From: Podarcis bocagei
Lineage: Eukaryota
DNA: 64,000 nucleotides
Strand: one strand, 5' to 3'
NCBI GenBank assembly: GCA_964188305.1
Contig: OZ076889.1
Positions 52,581-64,000 of the stretch are shown one piece after another (the stretch's first letter is position 1; every line of letters starts with the position of its first letter). Below the pieces are notes generated by a model. It was not told the origin of the DNA and did no database searches. It saw only the letters and a list, made by a program, of their open reading frames with translations. The position numbers and the translations under genes are program-made.

Positions 52581-55500
52581 CAAAATATGTTTCAACTTAT
52601 GTCAATAGTTCAAAAGGTATATGGGTAATATTACAGAGTGGAAGTCCTGGAGCTCCCAAAGTCTTTAGGTGGTGGCAGCAAATACATTAAAGGGAAGTCT
52701 GGGGACAGGCCCTAAGGAGAGACACTGGGAATGTCAATTTCTTTTCATGGTGTTTGCTGAAAGTGAAAGCAATAGCAATCACAATTTTAGTTTCAGTTTT
52801 GCTTTCACTTGTAGTTAGAAAATGAAATAATAGTTTCAGCTTGGTTCTCATTTTATCTGCACAGCCAGTCCTGAGAGTTCATTACTTGGTTTGGATTATT
52901 CTGTGTATCTCATCCCTGCTTAGATATCTACAAAATGTACATACATACACACACACACACACACTTTCTCACACAATTCCTAGGAATAACTGCTTGGGAA
53001 TTATTAATTTGGAAGCTGCCAAGCTTGCTAATATTGTATTGGAATCCGTATTCATGGTTATAGATGGATTTCATTTATTTTTAAAAATGGGCATATTTCA
53101 AGGGGGGAAACGAATCAATGGAAAATATTCCAGAAAAAATTTCCTCAACAATGAGGTGGAGGGAAGGCACTGAATGGTAGGTTACACCATTTGCAAGTAA
53201 GGAAGAGGCTATTTCATTGATTATAGTAATGTAAAGAAACTTCATTTTCACCATCAACATTTTCTAAGCTTAACTATATATTTGAAATAAACTAGGGACA
53301 GTGCCACAGAAACCTTATGATGTTCCTAAGATGCTTAAATGTGTCCAAAAGATCAGCATCTAGCTTTGTTTCATAGCAATGGATTAAAAATGGATATCCA
53401 GCATCTTTCAGGGTTGAGAGTTAATTCCTTGTACTTTATGTAAATTAATGAATCTGAATCAGATATTTCTACAGTAGAATCAGTCACTTATTACAAAATT
53501 CAAAATACCAAAACAACATATATGTAATTCTTTTCAAATTATATCAGAATTTACAACAAACCATTAGAAAGATGTAGAAGCAGCACATCAAAAAACTACA
53601 GCAAGCCATGTTGCTGCACCAGCACTCATTTCTGGTAGCCATTTTCTTTTTGTATCAAACACTGACGATTCTGCATTTCTTACTGCACTCTCCCTTTAAA
53701 CCTGAAGGTGGCAATAATTAACTTGTGCTCTTTTCTATTTTTCTATAAGCTTACACCAAAGAATATTTCCATCTAACGCAACTTTCATCTGCTTTTCAAC
53801 TATGCACTACTGCAGAACAGAACTATGCCAATTTTAAAATGAACTTACTTTTCTTCCTTCTGGTAAACTAGGAAATTTGAAGATAACTATTCATTTACCC
53901 TATTGTAGGCTACAATTACCCCCTCAAAATCTGACTTACAACTGGAAGCTTGCAAAAATCCATAGAATCTAAAAATCTATGCTTTCAGGCCTTCCTGCTT
54001 CTCCAGTCATCTTCCCACTAGCCATAAATAGACCCATCAATCTCTAACTGGTATGAGATTTCCGCAGATTGTTCTGACATGTTCCAGCAGCTCAGCCAAT
54101 GTCTTCAGGATGCCTACAAGTCCCAGCATATTTGCAAGGTTGAGGTCCCACCCCTTCCCTCTGAGTTGAAGAGAATGCCTCATCCCTTTGGAAATGCTTG
54201 TAGCATGCCCAAGCCCAGCACAATTGGGGAGAGGGGACTCGGAAGCAGCATTTTTTGCAAGTCTATACCATATTTGTTACCACATTCACTGTCCTATATT
54301 CAAAGTAACTCCTCCAATCAACACCCAGGAACAACACAAAAACTCAACTTTAGTATTACCAGCTAACTAACACAAGATACAGATCTATCCAAATTACAAG
54401 GTAATGTATCTTGAATGGTATGAACACTCCAACGTGCTGTAACAACAGTAAGATTATTAATCATATGCATTAACTGTACAGCACTTGGGGGGTAACTATG
54501 CATTTGAATACAAACAAAACTGGTATGTTTTGCCTACAAACTCACTACCCAAGAGTAACTGAAATCAGATAAAAGGAGAATGATGGAGAAGGGAGAAGGA
54601 AAACTCTGAGGAAAGATATGGATCCTTAGCAGCTCTTTAAAATATAGAGACCAAGGGAGATGTCTGTTACGTCAGGAAGCAGGGCATTCCGGTGGAAGGA
54701 AACAGCCAAAAGGATGGCAAGAAGGAAGAAATATTGGGCTTGATAAGTAGAAGGGTGTCAGCAGAGTGAAGGGAATGTGATGGACAAGGTGGTGAAGAGA
54801 TGAGAAAAATGCTTTATAAGTTTGATCAGAAGGTAAAATAAAAATATAACAATGAAAACCAAGCAAGAGAACAAAGTGGAAAATTATGAGGCAACCAGAA
54901 GACACTTAAGACAACAGGCAGCACATCTAAAAACTGTAGGAAGCTTGAGACAAGAGTTAGTAAAGTTGTAAGTAATTCATTACAAAATCAACAGAAGACA
55001 AAGCAAGATTTGACTAATGTTTTATCTGTAGTAGAAGAAAACATTTCATGACTTTATTTTGTTCTAAATATTAAAATTCAGCTTCTCTCAATTGAATTAC
55101 CAACTTGGACTGCTGAAAAAACTACTACAAAAATGTTCTTTTTCATTTCCAAAAGGCACTCCACCTTAGATACTGCTGAGCTGTGAATAGATTCTATCAC
55201 CAGTGCTTATTCTGTATTAAGCTTTAGTTTGATGTTTATCCCTTCCAAATGATAGTATTTTTTTACAATTCAACCATACATGCGATATCTGATTAAATAA
55301 ATCCTAACTTATTTTCATTTCTATCATTGTACAATTCCTGACATTTTAATGCCCAGAAGATTTCAGTAACTATATGATTAACTTAAATATATATTTCAGA
55401 GTTCATTCCTACTTAGCTATAAAAACACGCCAATATAGTATGAAGCAAGAATATCGTGATGAATTGTGTACCAGGCTGCCAAAAGTGGGCAGGCCACACA

Positions 55501-55899
55501 AGCAGGTTTCTCTGCTCTGGCAACCAAACCAGGCCTCCATATATCCATGTATCATAATGAAAGCACCATGATGCCAAATGCGGTACTATAAATGTCTCCT
55601 GAGGCTTCCCAGAAAAGGCCTGATTTCACCTTTTCCTAAGTCAGGCACATTTAAATTTTATCCATTTCAAAGTTGAAATTCTGCAGTCAAAATCTGAATC
55701 TTGAAATCAATAGTATTTTTAAATGTCAATTCACCTCTGGCTGCTAATGATCAACAGAAAATGAATGGGCTGAGGAAGAATTCTTATTTATCCACACTGC
55801 TAGTTTACGGGGCAATTAGTTGCTGACATTTATCAGATTTTTATACCATCCTTAAATTGGAAAAAAAATCCAAGATTTGTCTATGGTAGACGACTAACC

Positions 55900-56028
55900 T
55901 AAGGTTACCAGATGTCCCCGTTTCCTGGGGACAGTCCCCGGATTTACAAATCAGTCCCCTGACAAAATCCATTTAGTAGGAAGTTGAAAAGTGTCCCTGG
56001 ATTCATTAAAAAAAATCTGGAAACCTTA
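55900..56028. mobile_element. 129-bp hAT MITE (TAGGGTTGCCA-type TIR)
   Basis: TIRs TAAGGTTACCAGAT / ATCTGGAAACCTTA. Perfect 8-bp TSD GACTAACC (55892-99, 56029-36). Confidence 0.9.
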
Positions 56029-56499
56029 GACTAACCTGCAATTACAGCTTATGCAGAATTAACTCACTACATAACCAAGGTCTGACCTCTAGAAGAAGTA
56101 AGCAAACTGCCTTCCATCAACACCTGTACAAATGCTAGCAGTTGGAATTCGCTTTCAGCACTCACCCATCTTGCTGTCCTGCGTAAGACAGCTACCACAG
56201 CTCTGCCACACACCCAACAAATAGCTGCTGCAAAAGCCTAAGTGAAAACTAAGTGTGCAATGACAAAAGCTCAGTGTTTGCAGGGTGAGATGACTGGTAG
56301 GCAAGTGCCATCTCCAACCACTGTCATCTATATTTACTACCACTGAAAGGGAGACCTCTTCCCAGAAATATATACAGGTAAAAGGATGGGCGTTCCTGAA
56401 GCTGTATCTTCATTAACGGATTCAACAAGGATTCCTCATTTCTAAAGTGAATAAGGATGCCAATATAATTTTCCACAGCTGACATGGGAACATTAAATG

Positions 56500-56565
56500 A
56501 GATTCCTGCATTTCAGGGGGTTGGACTAGATGACCCACGGGGTCCCTTCCAATTGTACAATTCTA
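56500..56565 (+). mobile_element. Short CR1-type 3' tail
   Basis: agattcctgcatttcagggggttggactagatgacc...ccttccaattgtacaattcta. Confidence 0.75.
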
Positions 56566-56657
56566 GGAGGCAAACCCAGCTCAACTCTAGTCTCTTTTTG
56601 GCACCCCATCACAGATCTACAGGAGAAAGTCATCAGTCATCCTGTAATTTATAGTGT

Positions 56658-56810
56658 GGGGACGACAGAGGACGAGATGGTTGGACAGTGTTCTCGAAGC
56701 TACCAGCATGAGTTTGACCAAACTGCGGGAGGCAGTGGAAGACAGGAGTACCTGGCGTGCTCTGGTCCATGGGGTCAGGAAGAGTCAGACACAACTAAAC
56801 AACAACAACA
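56658..56810 (+). mobile_element. Bov-B (RTE) LINE 3' end, 5'-truncated
   Basis: gacagaggacgagatggttgga...cctggcgtgct..ggtccatggggtc..aagagtcagacac with a (CAA)n tail. 12-bp TSD AATTTA(T/A)AGTGT (56646-57, 56811-22). Confidence 0.9.
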
Positions 56811-56840
56811 AATTTAAAGTGTAGATTTATAAACATAAAG

Positions 56841-57208
56841 CAGTGGTTTTCAACCAGTGTGCCATGGCACCCTGGGATGCCTTGAATGATGGTCAGGGGT
56901 GCCACGGGCAATACTATCCTCTGTCCCTCTTCCTCCCCCCCCCCTTTCTCTGATGCCCTGTGAGGAGGCACCTCTCTTTGGGGTGGGATGGAGCAGCTCA
57001 GACACCAGGGACTGCCCAGAGGAATCCAAGGGAAAGGGAAGAGGAGGCTGAGGGAACACACAAGAAGGGGTGTTTGAAAAAGGGTGATAGGCTGCCAGCT
57101 CTGCAGACAAAGGGAGACATAACTGGGCTCCTGTGCCCCACAGGGGTGCCACAGAAAGAATGCAGTTCATCAAGGGAACCGTGGACCCAAAAAGGTTGAA
57201 AACCTCAG
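56841..57208. mobile_element. Non-autonomous hAT element
   Basis: CAGTGGTTTTCAACC / GGTTGAAAACCTCAG TIRs; 8-bp TSD (A/G)CATAAAG. Confidence 0.8.
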
Positions 57209-58298
57209 GCATAAAGTACCACAAGTAACCACTACAACTGGTCATAGTACCTACAGTATATGCAACGACTAATTAACACTGTAGCTACTTCTGAATACAC
57301 AGCCATGGCTTGAAATTTTCAAGAATCAAGACAATCACTACAAATACTATCAGAAACACTGCCTAACTCTAGAGCTATTCAGTGAATGGATATTTACACA
57401 GAACAGGACAGAAAGTGGTACAACAGAAAATCATTCTCCTCCTTTCCACAGCCCAGTCATCGGCAAATTGTGTGATTTCTGAAAATACATTTGCCATCTA
57501 TTAGCAGCAGCTGGGAGACAGAAAAAAAAACACATAAAAAGCTCCATTCCAGCCTCCAGGCAGGGGGTAACTTGACACTTTGACATCACAACAGCAGATA
57601 AAATGATGGAAAGTTTGGAGATTAGCTATTCAGCCTTTATATTTTGGCCTAAGAGTATAAAGCTTTATATTTCATTGCAACTTAAAGCAGTTTGTTATTA
57701 ACAGTGGGATGTTCCTGGACAATGTATTTAGTACTTTAGTACTTTTTATAACAGCCAAAGCTTTTAAAACAATGTTATAAACATTAAGCTCTGATGAGCG
57801 TGCAGCAAAACCAACATGGCACATGCATGCATTCAAGTCTCTGGCAGAGAACCAAAGTCTTTGCACACAGGAAAAACACTTCCATACACATGATGCAGCT
57901 TGCCTGTTTTCCTGTGATAGAGGCCCCTCACAGGGCCCTCCTTCAGAGGGTCTCAAAAGCTCTTTTCAGGAGGTGCAAGAGGCTACTGTTGAAGGGGGGA
58001 CCAATGAGCCCCCAAAGATAAGAGGAGACTGTGAATGGCACTTTTGATCCAAGCCTCTCTCCATGGTTGCCCTGCTTTGATGACATAGATGCTTCCGTTA
58101 TTCTGGCTGCCACTGCCTTACCACAGCTGTGACAGTCATTTGTCAATGGCGAAAAAGAATTGTCCCCAGGCAATCAACTACTGTGTCTGAACCTTGAAGA
58201 ACTCCTTGCTTGCATGCCAGAAGACTATATCCCAGGCTCTCTCCCTTTCTGCGATGAGGAAAAAGTCCTGAGCCCTACCTACAAAACACACCCCTTTA

Positions 58299-58894
58299 CT
58301 GTAGCCTGTTCTTCATCACTGGGAATACCTCCGGCGCCCATGGAGCGGGCGGCCCCCGTCAGGCGCAGCGGCCCCCGGCCCAGGGGACTCCGGCCAGCGC
58401 TGAGGCCTCACAGGGCCCCGCACACCCGCAGTAACCTTGACTCCATGGCAACCCTCAGAGGAGAGCGAGAGAGAGGCGGAGAGGCTACAGGAATGGAGGC
58501 TACAGGAATGGAGAGGAAAACCATGAAAGCTTTAGAGAAGGGGCTGGATCCTTACAACATGCTACCACCCAAACGATATGCTGAAACAAAGGAAGACCCC
58601 AACATAGTCCCTTCAATTACAGACAAGAGGCTTGTGGTCTGCATCTGTGAAGAGGACAACAGCACTGTGATCTGGTTCTGGCTGCACAAGGGAAATCCCC
58701 AGCGCTGCCCCTCCTGTGGAGCCCATTACAAGTTGGTTGGCTACCAATTGCCCTGATTTGGCTTCAAAGCTTTGCTGAGCTCTCAATTTATGATTTCTGG
58801 ATACAGGGCTGAGCTACATAGCTGTTTATATCACGATGTATCACATTCCTTGAAACCTAATAAAGTCTTTGACTCATAAAAAAAACCAAAAAAA
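58299..58894 (+). pseudogene. COX5B: Processed (retro)pseudogene of cytochrome c oxidase subunit 5B with inverted 5' part
   Basis: Intronless ATGMERK...[11 protein letters not shown]...[48 protein letters not shown] on +. AATAAA at 58859-64, poly(A) at 58878-94, TSD core CACCCCTTTA (58289-98, 58899-908). The N-terminus [12 protein letters not shown]...[16 protein letters not shown] lies on the minus strand (58446 down to 58299). Confidence 0.95.
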
Positions 58895-60169
58895 CCCCCA
58901 CCCCTTTATTACAGGTGTATAGTGATTCTTTCTTCCTACCAGTCCTAAAACTAGAAGTCTAAGCCTGAAAGTGAAAGGCTAAGAAAGTAAAAGCCTAAGT
59001 TTCATACACAGAGGAACTCTTTCAGGTAGAAAAGAAAGTGGCAACACAGAGGCTAGGAGCTGCCTCAGCATGGAGTTTCTGGCTGGCATCTCTTGTCCCC
59101 TCCCTCTTCCTGATAAATACATAAGGAGACAAGATGCCCAGCAATGCATTCTACAACCATTTCCACTTCTCTATGCCTTCTAGTCTTAATCTGGAAAGCA
59201 CAGAGACTGCCAAGTTTGTAAAGTATTGGCTAAATTTCACTAAGCAAGACTTAAGTCCACCAACGCAATACAAAGTTATCCGAAAGTATATGCCATGTCT
59301 TACTATTTTTCTCAGATCCTTCACTGAAATAAAAGAATCAGTGTTATATTTGTCATTTGAAGTAATACTTTAGCTTGAATTCTAAATGTTCAAGTAAGCA
59401 CCTATCAGCACTATAGTGACTGTTACATCCAAGAGTGTTTATTTTTCTCTTAGAAATGCTAATTGACTTTTTTTTAAAGGCATGCAAATTTGAAAACATG
59501 ATCTTCTGATGCTGCTCTTTTTTTAAAGAAAAATCACGACTTTAACCAAATCCTGATTTAATGATATGGAAAAATTGGTTCAGTCCCATAAATGTAATGA
59601 ATGTTCCAATGCTTCTGAACACTAGGGATAAATAATTTATGAGGAAACGAGGAATATAACAAACACTAACAAAAACATTGACTCCTAAACTGCTTTTTAA
59701 GTTTACCTTCTAGAGGCAATATGAATACTGTTAGTAATAAGCCCATTTGGCCATTGCGCTCACTAGTTCTGTGGTTTGGTTTTTGCTAATCCCAACACAT
59801 GCTAAAGTTATTGGCCCCATTCACATTTAACACTAAGCAAAATCATGGTATAGCAAGAAAGCAAATGTGGGTTCCCGGATCACAGTCAGTGCACTCCTCC
59901 CTCACTGATGTGAGCTAAGTCATGGTTTAGCTCAGCATTACATCTAAATTCAGGCCTATGGCTTATCTCACTCAAGACAAACCATGAAGTTTGTTTTTTG
60001 TGTATCATTTGTGGTTTTTCTGAAGGAGCAAAACTACAAGCCCAGGTGCAGGCACAACACTAAGGCAAATCATGACTTTGTCGCAGATAGCAAGGTGGTA
60101 GCAAACCTCGCCAGTGATGACTTTTCCTGAAATAGCAGGTTTCAAATATTTTTGTCACTTTCGTGGAAT

Positions 60170-60515
60170 ATTCAGGACAGATAAAAGAAAGTACTTCTCC
60201 ATGCAGTGCATAGTGAAACTATGCCTCAGGAGGCAGTAATAACCAACAACTTGGATGGCTTTAAGAGAGAATTTAATTCATGGAGGAGAGGGCTGTCAAT
60301 GGCTGCTAGTTATGATAGCTATGCTCTACCTCCACTGTTGGAGGCAGCAATGTCAGTTGGTGGAAATGGGAAGGGAAAGTGCTTGTGTGCTCATGTTGTG
60401 CTTATAAGCTTCCCACAGGCATCCGGCTGGCCATTCTGAGAACAAGATGCTGGACTAGATAAGCCACACACTGGCCTGATCCAGCAGGCTGTTCTTACAT
60501 TCGTATGTTCTTAAG
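60170..60515 (+). mobile_element. CR1 LINE 3' end (second, older family)
   Basis: ttcaggacagataaaagaaagtacttc...ttggatggctttaagagag...gatgctggactagat...ggcctgatccagcaggctgttctta...tatgttctta. Confidence 0.75.
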
Positions 60516-61157
60516 AGCAAAGCAGGCTCTGTTCACATTCAAAACGAATAATGAATTAGTAAGTAAAAGTGTAATTGAGATGTATGTTTTCCCAATCACA
60601 TCTCCATGTATCTAAGCGGGAACTCAAATCCAGACCTTCCTAGTCTATCTACCCTACTTCTGGACAACTCTTCTTACTTTTAATAAAGCCTTTCTGACAC
60701 ATTAATGCTGAACAATGCTATCTCTTTTACCTACCCAGACCAATTAAAAAATAAAAGCATCATCAAGTATGAAAAAGTAGTTTTCCTTGCAGCACCAGTA
60801 TTTTGAAATATACTCATATGTCAAGAGTATTGGTACATCCAGGGTCGTAAGAACTTCAGTATCTTGTGGACAATTTGATGTGATAAACTACACTAAGTAC
60901 ACAGTTTAGCAGCCATCTTAAGGAAACCATGACAATATTCCCAAGTCATTGGTTTAAGGTGTGCTACTTATACATTAATCTGAAACTGTGTCCTGTATTT
61001 CTAAATAAGGTTCCACAAATGGGCCCAATATCACATCACTTTTGAGCCTTAATTTTGCATACTGCTTTAAAATATTACTTTATTTCCAGTTATTATTAAA
61101 TTAATCCCCAAAACATGAATAAGAGAAAGATTCTCCTCTACTTTCAATTTACAAATA

Positions 61158-61383
61158 CAGTGGTACCTCGGGTTAAGAACTTAATTCGGTCCGGAGGTCC
61201 ATTCTTAACCTGAAACTGTTCTTAACCTGAAGCAGCACTTTAGCTAATGGGGCCTCCTGCTGCCACCGCACCGCCGGACCACGATTTCTGTTCTCATCCT
61301 GAAGCAAAGTTCTTAACCCAAGGTACTATTTCTGGGTTAGCAGAGTCTGTAACCTGAAGCGTATGTAACATGAGGCACCACTG
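61158..61383. mobile_element. Tc1/mariner-type MITE
   Basis: TA-CAGTGGTACCTCGGGTTA ... TAACATGAGGCACCACTG-TA; repeated TTCTTAACC motifs. Confidence 0.9.
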
Positions 61384-62599
61384 TAACTGAAAAGCTACAT
61401 ATTAAAACTGTTTTTCCTTTCTTGAATTAACTTTTGAAAGACTGGCAAATTTCATGAGTCAGTCCTGATAATGTGGATGTGATTCAGGTTCATGTTTTCA
61501 GCCCCTTTTTTAACTTTTCCCCTTCTTATCACATACCTTATATTACTTAGGGTAAAGTAACATGCAAAGAAAACAGTAACTTGCCCAATAGTGTGTCCAA
61601 GCCCATGAAGTGACCTGAATATGAACCAGAGCTCCTATGTTAAAAACTCTACTGATCCACTAGTACCATCTCTACTGTTGCAAAAGGATTGTCATATTGA
61701 CCTTTTCTTTGCACTCTGCATTGTTTTGGTGAATTGACAGCTTTTTAAATTTACATTTTAGCTTATGTTGTTTTGTCAAGTATTTTCAAGTCCTCCTTGC
61801 CGTACAACTTTCACACCAGGAAGTACGTAGAATCAGTGATCAAAAGTCCCATTGTTCTGGGCACATTTTGCGACAGGGAATTTCTTTAGTGCAAGCAGCT
61901 TCTGAGCTCCAGAAACAGTACTGCACCTAAGATTTCCAATTAAAACCGCAGTGTGGAAGGAAAGGACCTTTTTCTGCCTCCTAACTACCAGCTACTCTCC
62001 AGGGTAGACCCTCTTAAGAATACTAGGGGGGTGGACAGGGAAAGGACTAGACCATGTGAAAAATGAATGTAAGATTTAGCCGCCGTTCATTCATTTTCAG
62101 CTTCGTATTATAAAAGAGTGCGCCCAGACATTCCGTTGCTGCGCCTGCAACCTCGGTTTAAGGTGCTTTTTAGCTCCTGGCTTTCATATCTCCGTTTCTA
62201 ATTCTGCGTAGAATCGTAGTCTCCTGAAGCCTTACCTACGCTAAAGCAGCAAAATTCTTCCGCCCAAATTCTTTCACATCTTGAAATTCATCAACCTGGG
62301 GACAAGGAATTCCAAACGTTAGTTCTCCCATCAAAACACAACGCAGGTGATTTACACCCTCACACATTCTGGTAGCCTAACAGTTACATCGCAAGTGCCT
62401 GGTTAAGATTTGCCGGGGGAGGCATTTTCTCGCCCTGCAATGTGAGCGCCAGACCAAGAGAAGAGCAACAAGTGTGTGTACAAGAGCTTGGAAACATTTC
62501 GGGACACCATCCATCCCTAGGCAACTGCATAGTGCAGGGACTCCGCTGCCGATTAGTACCAACGGTTACTATTGTCCCTGGTGCGTTTTTACACGTTCC

Positions 62600-63930
62600 A
62601 GTTCCAGAACTTCCCTGGCACGTTTATAGAAGTTGCCGAGCTCGCAGGAGGAGGCGAGCCTTACCGACCCAGCGAGCTGAAAGGGGAGCTTCAGGGGAGA
62701 AAGCAGTCCGCTTCCACCGGCGAGAAGCCGCGGAACTCGGTCGGATCGCGAAACTCAAGGGCGCAGCGGGGCTAGAGCCTCGGCGGCCTTGTGCTGGTGC
62801 CGTTTGCATCGGGGACCAAGCTGGGGGGGGGAGGCTTGAAAGTGGCACCCGGGAGGCCCAGGTACTTTCACCTGGCCTGGGAGTGGGGAGGGGGAAACAA
62901 ACAAAAGTAGCCAAGGCGCTAGACGAGAAGGAGCCCCTGGTTTCACCTGGCCGTTTCACCCCCACCCGCCGCCAGGGTGACCTCGCTATTTCCACGGCCT
63001 TCCCGAGCTGGGGGGTCGCCCCGGCTTCCTCTCCCCACGCCCGCGGCCTCCTCCGAGCGAAAACCCTTCTCAGAGGAGGCCCCGGCTCTCCGGTGTCCGG
63101 CCCAGTCGGAGCCGCGGGAGGACGAGGAGGCCGGAGGAGGAGGAGGCCGCCGGCGGCTTACCCCGCCCCCTCCCCCCCGCCCTCCGAGGCTTCGCTCTGA
63201 GGGGAGAAGAACGAGCCCATCTTCCCGCCTGCGAGGCCGCCTCTCCCCCAGCCACTCACCCCGGCCCGGCCGCAGTCCCTTTGCCGCACCGGAGGCAGCC
63301 GCCATGTTCCCTGATGCGACAGGAGGGAGACGAGACCCCTCCCCCTCCCCTCCGGCCCCCCTCCCTCCTTCCCGCGCGCGCTCTCCCCGCCCGTTCCCAG
63401 ACCGCCCCCCTCCCCTCTTCCCTCCCACCCCTCCCGTAATGAATAATAATCGTAACGGAAAACTCACGGGCTCGCCAGGGCGTGCGTCACGCCGAGGGAG
63501 GGAGCGGGGGGGAGGTGGGGGGCTCTTGCGTGCGGCGTCGTGACGGCATCACGCCGACCCACCTAAAGGCGCATGTGCGGAGGCTGCTGCTGCTGCTTCC
63601 CGCCCCTCGCCCGCCTTTGCCCTCCTTTCCCGAACTTGCTTCCTCTGGGCTGCCGGTTTCCGGCCTGGCTCGGGCTGCCACCCGTCCGGGTTTGGCCGGA
63701 CGCCGCCGGTTTTCCGAATCGACGTCGGGGAGAGCACAAGGTCTGTTGTCACCAGCGGATATCCTGGGTCTCAGTTGATGCAAACGGAAAAAGCTGAAGT
63801 AAGGAATCTGGCCCGTCGCTTTCTTCTGGCACTATGCCATCATCTAGTTTTCGCCCTTCATTGGGGCTGCCATGCTTCCGGATGTTCCCGGACATCGCAT
63901 TTCAAAGGCGGGATTGATGTTCAGGGGAAA
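62600..63930 (-). promoter_or_regulatory. ZNF644: CpG-island promoter of ZNF644
   Basis: Sharp rise in GC and CpG content. YY1 motif GCCGCCATGTT (63298-308), CRE-like TGCGTCACG (63483-91), NRF1-like GCGCATGTGCG (63569-79), ETS TTCCGG sites. No obvious TATA box. Confidence 0.9.
63260..63340 (-). other. ZNF644: Candidate ZNF644 first exon (5' end approximate); alternative donors after 63162 and 63468
   Basis: Strong donor CGGG|GTGAGT at 63259-58 downstream of AACATGGCGGC. Other donors: GGG|GTAAGC (63161-60) and CCC|GTGAGT (63467-66). Confidence 0.6.
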
Positions 63931-64000
63931 TTGCCCTGAATTTTAGGCGAGTCCATCGAAAAATCAAGGGTTATTTGGTGTTTTTGTAAAAAAAAAATAA

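Noticed and set aside
58160-58339. N-terminal part of the 198-aa ORF as a real COX5B extension
   Set aside because: Begins at a TTG in flanking intronic DNA outside the TSD, so the openness is fortuitous.
62442-63797. Several long overlapping ORFs (up to 252 aa) in the CpG island
   Set aside because: Expected from stop-codon scarcity in GC-rich DNA; low-complexity P/R/G/A translations.

Overview
This is vertebrate genomic DNA, almost certainly a squamate and probably a lacertid lizard (Sauria SINE, tRNA-Lys/CR1-tail SINE, Bov-B, L2/CR1, many hAT and Tc1/mariner MITEs). The window holds essentially one gene, ZNF644 (C2H2 zinc-finger partner of G9a/GLP), on the minus strand. Its parts are a CpG-island promoter with candidate first exons at ~63.2-63.5 kb, a 55-nt exon 2 (49864-49918), a ~3-kb exon 3 (22271-25280), exons at 21470-22072, 18864-18986 (probable cassette), 9247-9349 and 7904-8096, and a 3'UTR to ~6.4 kb. 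The CDS from the exon-3 ATG is 3996 nt (1331 aa). Most notable observations: (1) a full-length COX5B retrocopy in intron 1 with a twin-priming 5' inversion that creates a new open chimeric ORF; (2) a 5-nt tandem duplication at the start of exon 3 that uncouples the upstream exon-1/exon-2 ATGs from the main ORF and turns them into an overlapping uORF; (3) a candidate poison exon; (4) H3K9-mimic ARK motifs. I found no convincing new multi-gene system. Family assignments come from remembered consensus sequences and were not searched.
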